The notes under the pieces: generated by a model | What the model was told of the DNA's origin: nothing | Databases searched by the model: none | Seen by the model: only the letters and a program-made list of their open reading frames with translations | Part shown: one piece after another, positions 48,201 to 60,807 of the stretch | How the letters are laid out: each line of letters begins with the position of its first letter | Position numbering within the stretch: position 1 is the first letter of the stretch | Position numbers and translations under genes: made by a program | Assembly (NCBI GenBank): GCA_030141605.1 | Contig: JAQGDQ010000022.1 | Coordinates: forward strand, 558,001 to 622,000 | DNA from: Tubiluchus corallicola | Lineage: Eukaryota > Animalia > Priapulida | DNA: 64,000 nucleotides | Direction: 5' to 3'

Positions 48201-51200
48201 CCAAATTCTGATGCAAATTTATAATTCTGGAATTAAAGATTTTTTCTAACATGTTAAGCTTGATTTTATTTGTCTACATCGAAGCGGTTTGATAGATTGA
48301 AAATCATAATTATTAATAAACAACAAAATGTGCTATCAACTGCTTTATTGCTCAAATAAATTTGCAGCTGAAAACACTTTTTCACAGCTTTGTGTGTATT
48401 AAATTTGAAAAGCCACTGTAACCTTCATATCCTCTTAAAAGCTTAACAAAATTGACTGTGTCGTTAACTAACGGTTAGATAATTTATAAATTGCTTTCTG
48501 CTTATAAACTTTGTTTAATTTTTTACTTGATCACTCATGCACATTTTTTGTGCTGCATAGTGGTCAGTTGCACTACAAAGTCAAGAATTTATCGAGAAAG
48601 TAATTAAAATCTGTGAAGTGTGTATTTTTAACGATTCAATGTCTTGAATGTAAACCATTACTTTCAAGTGTCTTTTGTACCTATAGACTTCACAGTCATT
48701 TGTAAATCACCCACCAATTTTCAAAGTAAATTCACTTTTATAATTGTTTACTATCGAGATCATAAAATATTGTTAGACAGATGATTACAGACCTTGACCT
48801 GATTACGTATGTAATTTCTTAATAAAAATCTGGCAGGTGTTTTTTCGATTTTAATAGGTTACCAGCCAAACTTACATTTCCTGTTGGTAATTTACTTGAG
48901 CTAGAGTGACTAATTAGTTAGACTAACTTTGTAATTAGTTTAGATGCTGGAAAATTCTTGAGTAACTAACTAGTTATTTATAATCTTAATTTCCAGTTTA
49001 TTTCAACTGCGTAGCACGATGTAACCAATTTCTGAACTTCTGATAACACTATTGTAAAAACATGTAGCCTTCATGTAGTAAAAACATTTACCATTTATTG
49101 ACTTCAAGTTTTTCTGATGTTTAGTTGCAGTTTAATGTCGCTGTTGCTTGCACTATTCACTACCTTGGCGGGTTCATCGCCCTGTGTTGACTTTCCGCTG
49201 AACTTGGCCCCACCGAGTGTCCCAGATTCCTAACCAACCGGCCAACAACGCGCGGACTGTTTTTCTCGAGAAACATTGAAGTATCGATATCCGTAACTCT
49301 TTCGCTACGCAAATACAGTTAACCGACCCTAGGAGGGGGCGTGTTTTGTGATGAATTAGCTCGCTAGCCGCAGTTGCCTCTCTACTGAGCACTGCGCAAT
49401 ATGTAATGAATGAGTGAGTGGTTGATTTATTGCAAGTTTAGTTGCAAAGTAGGGCATTGACCGCTTAATTGCCGCAAGAGTCTGATCTATGCAGTTTTTG
49501 CCGTTCATGCCCAGGTGCTAGTGTAAGTTACTGCTTGAAGGCAGCCAGGTAGGACAAAATGCACTATTATTCCGAGGGGTGGTCGCTTGTGTGACTACGT
49601 CAATTTTGTATTGAGTTGCGAATAAAATGGATCTTGATGAGTTTAGAACACGCAATTTAGACTTCCGCTAGTTTTTTCTTTGAGTTAGTTTTTCTAGCTA
49701 GCTACGAGGGGACGGGACACATTTGAATCGACTTTCCCTCCCCAGCGGCGGGAAATGCGGCCGCACTGTGCGTAAATAGTGACCTATTGATACCGCCAGC
49801 GAGATTGCCAAACGACAGAAAACGATGTCAACTCATGAGGCTGTGTCGGTCAATGAACTTTGCAACAACATTCTCCTCCTGTTCAATAGAGACAAACATT
49901 CGTGCGACAAACTAACTAATAAACAGAGCTGCTAATAAATGTGTGCTTGCTAGAGAGATGTACTGGGTGTTCCGCCGTGGAAGTGACGCTTAGTATTAGT
50001 GCTGGTGGCGACGTTGGTCGGTTAACGTACCGATGAAAAACTTGAAACATCATGTTGTGTTATTGTCAGGAGATTTTGGAACTACCGGACATGTGGTGGA
50101 TTCTGACTCACCCAAAAAAGCGTAAACAGAAGAAACAGGTGACGAATTTATACCCTGACCAGTTTACTGGGGTTTGGTAGTGCTTGGGAAAAAATATTGC
50201 AGGATACGTGTACAGAAAATTTGTTTTTATATCAGGAAAATTATCTTGCAGTGTCAATTCATTCAGCGTCATATTTCTGTAAAATTGGTTGATTTGGATT
50301 ATAAGAATTTGTTGGAGAAACCGGGATAGGATTTTTTGTCTACATAAGATGAACTTGGAAATACATGTATCCAAATAAATTATTTCTTATCACATAATAA
50401 ATTCGTTTTGTTCTGCAAGCCCATTAAAGTCCGTTTAAATTAATGCTAATCGCATTTGAATTTTTATTTCCTTACCGCAAAATTATTAGTTTTATTACCA
50501 CAGCCGTTCTGCGTGTTAGGATTCTAAATAACACACCAGTTCCCATAGCTGTTGCATAGAACCGTTTGTGGTATCACACGTTTAAACAAATGCTTTCTGT
50601 TGTGATAGCGTTATTGTCTCTAGGTAATGTGCATTTTTGCACCATTGCATTTATGTGTGACGTTCTAGTTGTGACAGATGATGGTATGGTAACAATCATA
50701 CCTCTTAGTCGCCACTTGGTTGTTGATTCGTGTAGTGATTGTGATTGTTGTGTCTGGATAACGGTACTCAATGTTGGGCAGTGTTATGTAGTCGCCTAAG
50801 CTTAGGATTTGAGTGACATTCAGGTGCTCAAAACTAGGATACAACAACATCTTTTTCACAGTTTTTTTTAACTTTTTCGTAATTCTTTTTTAGACACTTA
50901 CTGTCCTTATCCTCAAATAGCGTTTTGTACTCCAAATGAGATGTAACCTTTATTAATTGAACTGTGTTAATTACTGAGCGATAAGGTTGGCTATGCTTGT
51001 AATATGTTACCCGCTCTGATTATACGATGGTCAATTTAATTAAATACACGTAAACACTTGCAAACTCGCTGGTAGGCTTTTGAACACTTGACAGTTATGT
51101 GATCCTAGAAGGGACTCCTTTGAATATCGTAAGCTTTTTATAGCAGTACGTAGACTTGTCCGGTGTACCTCTAATGCCAAAAGAACTGTGGTGGTTAGAG

Positions 51201-54200
51201 AATTGCCAGTGCGCCAAGGTCTGTAGTTCAAATTCTTGTTTTTTGGCTATGTTCACTGCCCATTTCTTTGCTTCATTTCCTTTGAATGTAATCCATTTTT
51301 TATTTTTTTTTGAGAATTTCATAATTATAAAAACATATCCTAAACATTGACGTATTCTAAACATTACCACGTGATATGCTTTTCTTTTGTGTACAAGGTG
51401 TTGTGCTTTGTGGTTTGGACTAGCTGTTTTTTACCTAGTGTGTACACACTAATTTTTTAACCTAAATTCTATATTAGCTTCTCTATTATCTATATCAGCT
51501 TGGCTCTCCATGATTTTTGTTACGTTTTACTTATGTATGTTAAATTGTATAACAGATTTGATGACAACCGATTGGAAATTTTTCTACTAGTTGTTGTATT
51601 AAGGAGCCATTTGTTGACAGTTGGCATGCTTAGTTGCTAACATAACAGCTAATTTTACTGTTTGCACAAGTGCAATTTCAAGTTTCAGCTTCTTTGTAAA
51701 AAATTATTCATTTCTACCAAATAAATGTGGAAAAGATACAGTGGTCATAGTTTTTGTTTATTTATTATTTTTTTGTTATGTGTGCATTCCCTTCACCTTG
51801 GAATGAGTGGTGGATGCAAGGTGAATGATGCTAATGGCACTACTATATGAGACTATTCACGTCAACCATATAAATTTAGTACAAATGTATCAGTGAAGGC
51901 TCCAGATTGTTTTAGTGCATTTGTTTGTATGTCACCCCTGTCATTCTGGCGTGTTTATGTAGTGCCTAGAATGTATCTTTTGCAAATGTTACCAAACTTA
52001 GGTAACAAAGTATTTCTGTTTAAGTAGGTCTCTGTCTTTCCAAGGTACCACCAAGTTAATGAAAATTACTTCACCATCGTAACTTTGTGATATTTGGGAC
52101 AAGTGTATGTCTGCTTATGCTTACGTAAAATGCTTACTTGTTTTCTAATAATGGTATACATTTTCAGGATTCAAAGCATATCGACCTGGGAAAGAAAGCT
52201 CATGCTGTTCTCAGTGACATAGTCAACTCGACAGATGCGTGGAGACCGGAGAAGAAATCTGGTACGGATTCTGTGTATAGTGTGGATTGGCAGGGAATTG
52301 GAAAATGCTTTATTCTGCAGGTAGGATTATGTAGCTTTTTTTGGTATTATTGACTTTGGGAACTAACTTACAGATACTGTTACAGTTAACATGGAAAAGT
52401 GACATCAAAGCTGCATGTTAACTCAGTTTCTTGTATCTGTAGGGATATAGTTTCACTCAGCCAACTATGTAAAAATATGTACATCTCAATCCTGAAGTAG
52501 ATCCTAAACAGTCAGTACCTTCCTTCATTAATTGAGCAAAAAAAATCAAATCATAAAAGGTTGTGAATGGACAAAATACTAACTTGCATCATTAATCTTT
52601 GGAGTTTGGGGTTTGTACTGCATAACTGAAATTCAAACTTTATGATAGAAGAATAAATTTCATAGGAACTTACATACAGTTGTGGCAGTATTTTCGTTTC
52701 TTAATGTCTGTTGTAGGCCTTTGCGTAATCTTGTAACTGTTTCTGGTAATGCAGCTCTGTTCTATCTGATTATTCACAATCTGGTGTTTTGTCATAGGTT
52801 CTTGTGGCATTGACCAGTAGTCAGTGACGAAATTGTGTAATGTTGTACTTTAATAGCTATAAACACTTTTGCCGCTCGGTTTCCTTATGCATTCAGAGTA
52901 ATTCAATCATGAATCAGATTTGTACCCGTCAGTGGGACAAACAACGTGATTCTCAAATTCTGGCCAGTAGGTCAAGTTTACTTACATATTGCCGGCCACT
53001 GGCCGAAACGCGGAACTGTCAGCGTCAGTTTAATTAGCACCTAATCTAATTAGTGCTTTGACCACTGGCCAGTTTGCCTCTTTAGCCTTTGGGTTTAGTG
53101 TTTGCCCTGTGAGAGCAAACATGTTCCGGACGCTCAAACAAGTGATGAGCAGGCGAACTTTAGTAACCCGCTCATCTCAAACGCAACCTCCCACGACTTC
53201 TTTTATCTACGAGTAAATATAGATCTCACGGGAAATGAAATGGAATCTCACGGCACTCAAACTATACAACTACATTTGTTTACAGGCGGTTACACAATCA
53301 CCTAAAATGGTGAGATTTTATTGTGCGCACTTTTAACACGCATGTTTTAATGTGTTTTCACTGTTTTTACGAATGTTTAACGATTATGTCTGAAGTCAGG
53401 CTACTCTCCCTTCGTTGCAAAACGTATTTTATACAGAGCTTCTATGCATTTGACCAAGCGCTGCGACGAACTTCAACTGTGTTGGCCATAAAAGATATCC
53501 TTGTAGCACTACTGATCTGTCTTTTTGCGCTACACTGGTAATGGAATCATTTTACTGTCTCCGTCATAATGTTGTATATGTTATACATGTATTATGTATA
53601 TATAAGCTCGTAATGTGTTTCCATTTTTGTTATTATTGTTTTCGGCAGCTTTTCGCGTACAGTAGCAGGTTGGCTTAGTTTATTTCTATGGCAACCTTAA
53701 TCACTCTGTGTTAATTGCTGTTGATAATGCCTTTCATGAAAAAACGCTCGCATACGTGGCAAGGCCATTACCCTGAATGTCGAACATAATACCTCGCTTA
53801 TCACCGCGTATCTCAGTTGAGTAGTTAATGCAAAGTTTAATGTCCCAAAAGATTTTATCTCTATGCGTATTGCATAGTCAGCAGGTTTGCGCAGTATTGG
53901 TCAATAAGTTGTGTGCTCTTGTTTGCCCTTCAGTAATTACGTTTTTATTGTGTGGGTTAGGATAGGGTTAAATGGTATTGGATCAGGGTTAGTTTCTTGA
54001 ATGCAAAAAATTGAATGTCTTCAAGTTACCTCTTGTAACTAACTGTCAATAAATAGTTTTTGAAAAACTTATAAAATGCTGTTTCTCTTCACTTGTACTG
54101 TTATACTCCTTGCATCCTGAAGACTCCCTCATTAGGCCAAGTGTGGTGGTGAACAAGCACTAATGCAAAACGTTATGGCAATTATGAGAATAAAGTTTAC

Positions 54201-57200
54201 AGAAGTTGGCCAGACAATATTCCCTCAGCATGCTGAGTTAGTCAGATGATAACTATTGCTGATATTGCCAGATAGGATTGCAAAGATATTACCTGTGGAA
54301 CGGAATCCACAATTTTCTATGTGAAATGCAGATGTGCCACTTTTTATACCATAAAATAAACAAAGACTTCTCATGAGCTTTTTACAGACACAGTGGAAAA
54401 ATCTTTGTTTACTTTTTAATGCAATACTTATACTTTATTGTTTTAGGCAGAAGTAAAAGCAAGCAGTAGTAATGTGTATGATCTGCTTATAACAAAAATG
54501 CATGAAGCTCCATCATGGAATCCTACGCTTTTGGAAAATAGGGTAAAACTTTTACATATATTACTTTTTTGTCGTGAAATTTGCATTGCTCATTTGTTCA
54601 GTTCCTTAATTCATAAAAAGAGATAATAAATTCTTAAGCCTGAGAACAATTATATTAATATTTAATAGCCAAACCCCACAAAAAATTTTGTGCATAAACC
54701 CACAATGACAAATCATACCACCTCCGCTATACCACACCACACTACCCACATCACACCACTTATACCATGCCACCACACCCCCACCCACCATATCACCCAT
54801 ATTACATAGCTCTACAACACACCATACCACCCCACCACACTACCTACACAACATCACCAACATGACACCATCCAGACTACACCACACCAAACCAGTTGAT
54901 GATTATGATGGTGAGATAATGATGATGACGATGACAATGATGACGACACCTATGACACTAACACAAACAGCACATTAGCGTAGCGAAACCAAGAAAAACA
55001 TTTTGTACAAAATTGAAACTGTGTGCTATAACAAATGCTATTAGATCTATCCACCAATGGTCAATAATGCATAGTCATTCAACATAGTATTGCTTACTGC
55101 TTCTTTGATGATAATAGGCGAAGAGATATAACTTACATCTATAACAGAATGGCGGGGGAAGAAAATGCCTGGAACATCCCCAAATTTTCTCAAACTCAAA
55201 GATAGTGGATGTTCCAAATAGTGTGCAGCACTGAGGGGGGGGGTAAAAAGAACTTTGAAATACACCTTCAGTGTTTTGTCTTGTGAATTTCTCTCCCGAC
55301 GATACCTCCACATCTTGTAGACCTTTTCGTCCTCTTTCTGCGAGTGTGCTTATTTTTTCTCAACATGCCCAAGTAGTTGCACAAATTGAGTTTTTCTAGA
55401 GCCTGTTTGTGCAGTTTTCTGTAAAATTTGGATGCATAGGTTGGGGAAAATGCAAGTTGCAGGACGCCGTGGCCTTCTCACGAATTCTAAATATGCCTAT
55501 AACAAACACTGTTGAATGGGCTATTCAGCCATTACTGGCACCACCCCGGCCCATTCCCAATCTTCAGAAATAAGAGGTGTGCTTTGCAAAACACGGGCAA
55601 AAAAGGGAGCCATTTTTGGAGGTTTTTGCATTCCTTCCAGGTGGCATCGATTCATCCTGGGAGCTGTAGCCTTGAAGTCCATACCACCGAAATTAATATA
55701 TATGATATTCCACAATAAAAAACCTTCACTTAAATGAACATTTGAGCGCTAAGCTAACAGCTGTCATTAAGCGGTGACAAAGCAATATTCAATTTCAAAT
55801 AGTTTTACAAAGGTGGAAAACAAAAGCATTAAATAAAGGAATATTGTTCTCTTGGTCTGCTTTCCACATAATGTAAGTTTCCTTAAACTTACAGTTTTCT
55901 GTTCTAGTTTCTAAATCTGTTTCTCTTGCACATTTTTATGCTAAAGTTTTTGCATTCTGCTTTTTAATCTTGCATTGCTTGGTTCTGCTTTGCTCACATT
56001 TCAATGCCTTCTGTGTTATTCAATTCCTAGTCATGTTTTCCCATACACATAGCACTTTTCCTCTAGCTTCTCATGTTGATGGAATTCTGCTTGTTATTTG
56101 GAAAATTTCAGTTTTTACTAAACTATAGACATTCCCAGCCCTGTGTTTTATTTTTCTGTTTGATTTTGACGTTCTCGTGCTTGTTCTGTTCTCAAGTTTC
56201 TGGTTTTTTAATGCAGGTTTTACAGCATGTGAATGAACACGTGGATGTGGTGTATACAGTCACGGCAGATGCCGGCAGCGGCACAGTGTCTAGTCGGTAA
56301 GTTCGTGTTTAATTTATTTTAATTGGAATACGATATGAATTTTATCGTATGTTTGGCTCATGCAATAAAGAAATAGAGTATGTTGCTAAGAATGTGACAG
56401 CATAAGTTTTCAATTGTCCTATCGACAGTAGGGTTTGGTAGCAGAAGTGCTTAAGAAAGTTCGTGGACGTGTTTTGTGAAGATAGATTGCTGTTTAAAAA
56501 TTGTGATTTGTAGTTTTCACTGGCAGCAATAAATGTTTCATTCTTCATGCAATGAAGCACCATATTCTGTGTACCACAGCAACATTTACATTTTTTTATC
56601 TAAGTTGAGTACAACTGAAATGATTGCTGATTTATTATCTTACCTTAATATGTTAAGCAGTTGCCGATATCACATCATTAAACTGGTTACCGGTATGCAA
56701 AGGTACTGTTTTAGTGTAATATTAAATTATACTAATCGGAATTTTACTGAAATTATTGTGGCATTTATCTGTTCAACACTAACCCATTGTATTGCAAAAG
56801 TTTGTCTTGTTAGTTTCATTGTTAGAAGTTCAAAATTGATTTTATAACAACTGATCAGGCAGTTTGATTATTGCAACTAATTATTCTCACACTCTCATTT
56901 CAGGGATTTTGTAACTGCGAGGTATGTAGAGAAACGAAATGGAACGTTTTTCTCGGCGGGTACAGCAACTGTTCATCCCGATATGCCTCCAAATGGCATA
57001 TACGTCAGGTACCATTAATTCCTTTTTTTAAAATAAATGGCATACATGATCTCCTTTGGTATTAGAACAACAGATAAAAAGAAGAAAGGGTCAGATAAGT
57101 GGCAAATTTACCACTTGAGGTACTCGCAACTAATTTGAGTACTTATTACTCCTGAGTAAGTGAGTAGCCACTGGCAGTTTTAAATAAACAAAAAATGCTG

Positions 57201-58560
57201 TTTGATCAACAGAAAATGTTTCGTGACTTAGGAAATGGTGTCTTTGGCGGTTATTAAATTTCCATTTTAACTGTTTTTTGTTTCACTTTTGTGACTTAAG
57301 GACGTCAATTGGTATTTATTATAAATGAAGCTAATTTGTCATTGACTCATCAACTCTTATCCTGGTTCAATTGTAGCATAAACACAAACCGAGGACAAAG
57401 TTTTATTCTGTTTATTTGTTTAGGGGAGAAAATAGAGTTGCGGGATACGTTATCAAGCCACTAAAGGAAGATTCCAGTAAATGTCTCTTCACCTGGGTAG
57501 TCAATAGTAATTTAAAGGTAAGTTTTGTGAATCTGTAATGAATTTCGCTAGCATCACTTCAACTACTTTTCGACTAGTTCAAATAGTTTACAGGGACGCA
57601 TCGTACTCTCAGTTACCGGATCTTGATTATAATTACCAGACCCATGAGCTAGTGAGACTATGGCTTATCCTGGGCATTCTAAGCACTGGTTTTAAGTGTT
57701 TGGAGCTTTTACAACAGTAGCATGCTAATAATTTATTGTATGTGTAGAACAGCAGCTAACACGTTAGTTTGACAATAACGAATGTAAAGAATTATTATTG
57801 TATATGTGTTAGTGCCGGGTCGAGTCGATCGGTGATCTGTGAATAAATGGTGATGTTCGGTTGTAAGCGATGAACTAATTCTGATCGGCTGATTAAATTA
57901 CTAATCGGTTCGATAAACTGTTAAACTGGCCACGCCATAACAATTGATGTACATTTAAGAATAAAATACTTAAAACTTACAGCAAAAGTTTTGAAATGTT
58001 TAGTATATTGTTATGATGAAAGTATTTACCTTGGAAAGGGACACGATGCATTGGGGTTGGCTGTGATGAAACATGTATGCTAATGCCGTGGCTGGCTCTC
58101 ATGCATTGTCATTGGATACAGAGAAAGTGTACCACACTGTGTTACTCACAGAGATCTGTATAATTTTACATCATAGTGGTCAAAATAATTTTAATGACAA
58201 AACAGGAAGAGTTAATAAAAATACAGTTTTTTGTAAATCTTATGTTCCAACGACACACTACAAGCATTTCATTATTCCATTTGCTTGCTAAACTTTCCTT
58301 GAATAGTGTGCTCAAATCTTTATTTGTATTATGGAGCTTTTGCTGTTCATAATATTGTGTTCTCGATAACTGTGTTATTGGTGATATTTGTGTTAATAGT
58401 TGGCAGTTCTTCTGTGATTTTGTTTTTTCTCATTTATTTTTTTCATTTGTAGGGATGGTTACCGACAGCGCTGATTGAGCAGGGAATAGCCAGTATGATG
58501 CTAGATTTCATGACACATATGCGAAAGCATATCGACAATACTGTGCCAAGGGAAGTATGA
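39224..58560 (+). CDS. STARD3: STARD3/MLN64-type sterol transfer protein (MENTAL + FFAT + START domains); start codon uncertain
   Basis: Exons: 39224-39299, 40506-40657, 41127-41207, 42753-42830, 43242-43295, 45129-45247, 45618-45775, 46394-46470, 52168-52320, 54447-54542, 56217-56296, 56904-57008, 57424-57517, 58453-58560 (1431 nt, TGA end). MENTAL motifs SPVRRTFCLVALFDL, RLKHWWVVA, WLEAWFLDFKVIP; FFAT-like AFYSPYE; START motifs WNPTL, VSSRDFV, YVRGEN, NLKGWLP. Confidence 0.95.
40193..40292 (+). mobile_element. Degenerate 5S-derived SINE-like repeat, copy C
   Basis: GGGGAATAGC head, then the 5S-like AGTTAAGTAATGTTGAGCCTGGTCAGTAATATGGGGTGACTGC, then the shared tail GCTACTTAGGTGTTTC. Confidence 0.55.
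41248..42370. mobile_element. hAT-like non-autonomous element, about 1.12 kb
   Basis: Right end AGCTACGCCACTG, left end GATTGGTGTAGCT (degenerate CAGTGGCGTAGCT); flanking 8-mers TGGGTGCA and TGAGTCCA match 6/8 as a target duplication; GC-rich subterminal repeat GTGCATTTGATCA twice. Confidence 0.65.
43472..43670. repeat. Two-copy tandem duplication of about 103 bp
   Basis: AAAGTGAGAATAT...ACCATCTTG...TGACCACTACAT occurs twice. Confidence 0.8.
44323..44868. mobile_element. Tc2/pogo-like MITE, 546 bp
   Basis: 28-bp TIRs CCGTATTTTCCCATGTATAAGAGACCCT and AGGGTCTCTTATACATGGGAAGATACGG (1 mismatch), TA duplication, extra subterminal TGTATAAGAGACCC copies. Confidence 0.92.
54715..54960. repeat. Degenerate (CACCA)n and (GAT/GAC)n low-complexity repeat
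   Basis: accacaccacactacccacatcacaccac... followed by gatgattatgatggtgagataatgatgatgacgatgac. Confidence 0.85.
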
Positions 58561-60335
58561 CATTGAATGTCTTTCACTTTGTAGTAAATGTTTCTATCAA
58601 GGCTTACTGTGTTAAAACGTATTTGTAAATACTCAGAATCTGATGCTATTGATAATTATGAACAAGTTATCGACGTGTATCGAGTACTTATGTCGAAAAG
58701 TGTGTATAATCAATCGCAAGTAGTCCGATTTCAGTATGTATCTTACTAGAAACAAAATCAGTTGAAAGCTTAGCTAATTGAAGATATTTGCCAGCTGTCA
58801 TGTTATAAGAGGATCAAGCTAGTTTTTTAGCTCACAGGTTCATATGACTTTAGTCCTAGAGCAATTTTGTTTGCTCCACTATTTAGTATTTATGAGTTCA
58901 TGACTTTACCTTGTAGTATTAACATATTTATAATTAAGAGTAGATAATAGTGCAGAGTGTAAAGCATTAAGCATTCAAGTACAGTGTAGTAGGAACTTTG
59001 CTCAATATACATGTAATATGACTGTGTTGTAAGACAAGATAACATGTTTATTTCTAATACCCATACTTTACATTTTTACAAAATGATCTGCGTAATTCAA
59101 TTTAGACCAAGTATCTTTTTTTATGATGACAGGAGTTGTAAGTTCTTTGTAGCTTGATGTTAGAGTCAACTCTTGTACGTTGGTAGCATATTGGCCAGTG
59201 AATTACTAATTTAAGAATCTTGATATTGCTTTTTATATTTTTCAAAACTGCAGAATGACTCTGTTAATGTCATATGTTAATTTCTGCAGTAAAACAAAAT
59301 GTAGCGTAAAACTATTAAAGGAAGGCAGCACCCAATTTCAGATCATAGTTCAAGCGTACTGTTTTTACATTATATAGTCAAATTCGGGGTGATAACATAA
59401 CCCTTTGCTAGGTGGTACAAAAACAAAAGAGTACTAGTAAAGAACAATTTGCAGAAATAATTTATGAAATGTTAGCGAATTTATCATGCCTTCAAAATTT
59501 GTGTGGAGTCCTTTTATGTCTTGCGCAGCCTGCAGTCTTGAAGGGTGTGATTGGAGTTTCCGCCAACACATCTTGCAAATGTTTCACAAGCTTATATGTT
59601 GAGTACTAGTCAATGGCATATTTTTTATCTTAGCAGCCACTCTGACTTTCAAGATAACTCCAATTGTGTTTGGCAGGGTTAAGGACTGGTGAATTTCCAA
59701 ACCATTCAATTCAGCCAAAAAATCCCACTGTTTTAAGGTCACTGCTGCGATCATACCCTTTGAGATGGTGAATTTACCCTTCAGGTTGTGCTAGACGTAC
59801 AAAGCTTTCACACCAAATTTTGAGGGCATGATAGATTTTATGTTGTTTGAGCAATACTTTGATATGATAAAACTGTTCTGTATTGTTACTCTTGTTTTTC
59901 TGCCTCCTTATCTAAAGGTGTACCACCCCGTATGAGAAGCATTTGACACTTATCGTAGGTATTGCGGTGCACCATAAGTTCAAATGAACTACAGTCTAAA
60001 AATCAATTTTTCCTTTAAAGGAACTCGTTGTTTATTAACGACTTGGTGAGACTATCTATGAAATCCACGTGAAGTAACAATTTGTTTCAGTTTTTCTTAT
60101 GTTAATAATTATGATGTGTAGAAATGAACCGAAGGCTAGTTAAATTATGCTGTAAATAAGGTTACCTTATGGTTATTTCTCAGCTTACTTTGTAATCATG
60201 ATCAAATTTTGTTTTTAGTGTGAACTTAATTGTTACCATTTCAAATAATGCAATGTGTTATCATATCATTTTTTAAGTGATTAATGTCATATTGTAATGT
60301 TTCTAACGAAAAGTTGAAAAGTACTATATCACATG

Positions 60336-60391
60336 AATAAATGCTAGATTGCTTCTACAAATAGTGTTCTCAGATGAACATATTATTTATT
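60336..60391. terminator. Convergent candidate poly(A) signals of STARD3 (+) and ATXN7L3 (-)
   Basis: AATAAA at 60336-60341 and TTTATT at 60386-60391, at the point where strand composition flips. Confidence 0.4.
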
Positions 60392-60807
60392 ACCATACAT
60401 CTGTACAGAATAACGTGTGTCATGCACACATTTAAGATTACAATTTCTCTTCGCATTGTACCATTTTGGCACTATGCTGTTTATCACATAACATATCTAC
60501 ATCATATGGAAGATCATTACTCCATTCATAAGTAATGAAAAAACTCTGTGTGGCACTTAAGCCAGCATTGCATTTAAGTGTCAGCTGTTTTGCCAGCACT
60601 GTCCAAGTGGCAATGGGGACTAGAAAACAGGACACACTACTGGTAATAACCTTTGCACAGCAAAAACCAAGAAAATAGTGCTCGAGGTGCTCAAACCAAG
60701 GCTACTCAAAAGCAATTACTTACTCAACTACCCAACAGAGGTTTAAACGGTTTTGCTCTATTCTAGTCAGATGTTCATGTTCATCAGTATCAGTTATAAA
60801 GCAGTGT

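Noticed and set aside
54606-54830. ORF MVWCVVELC... on minus strand
   Set aside because: Translation of the (CACCA)n simple repeat.
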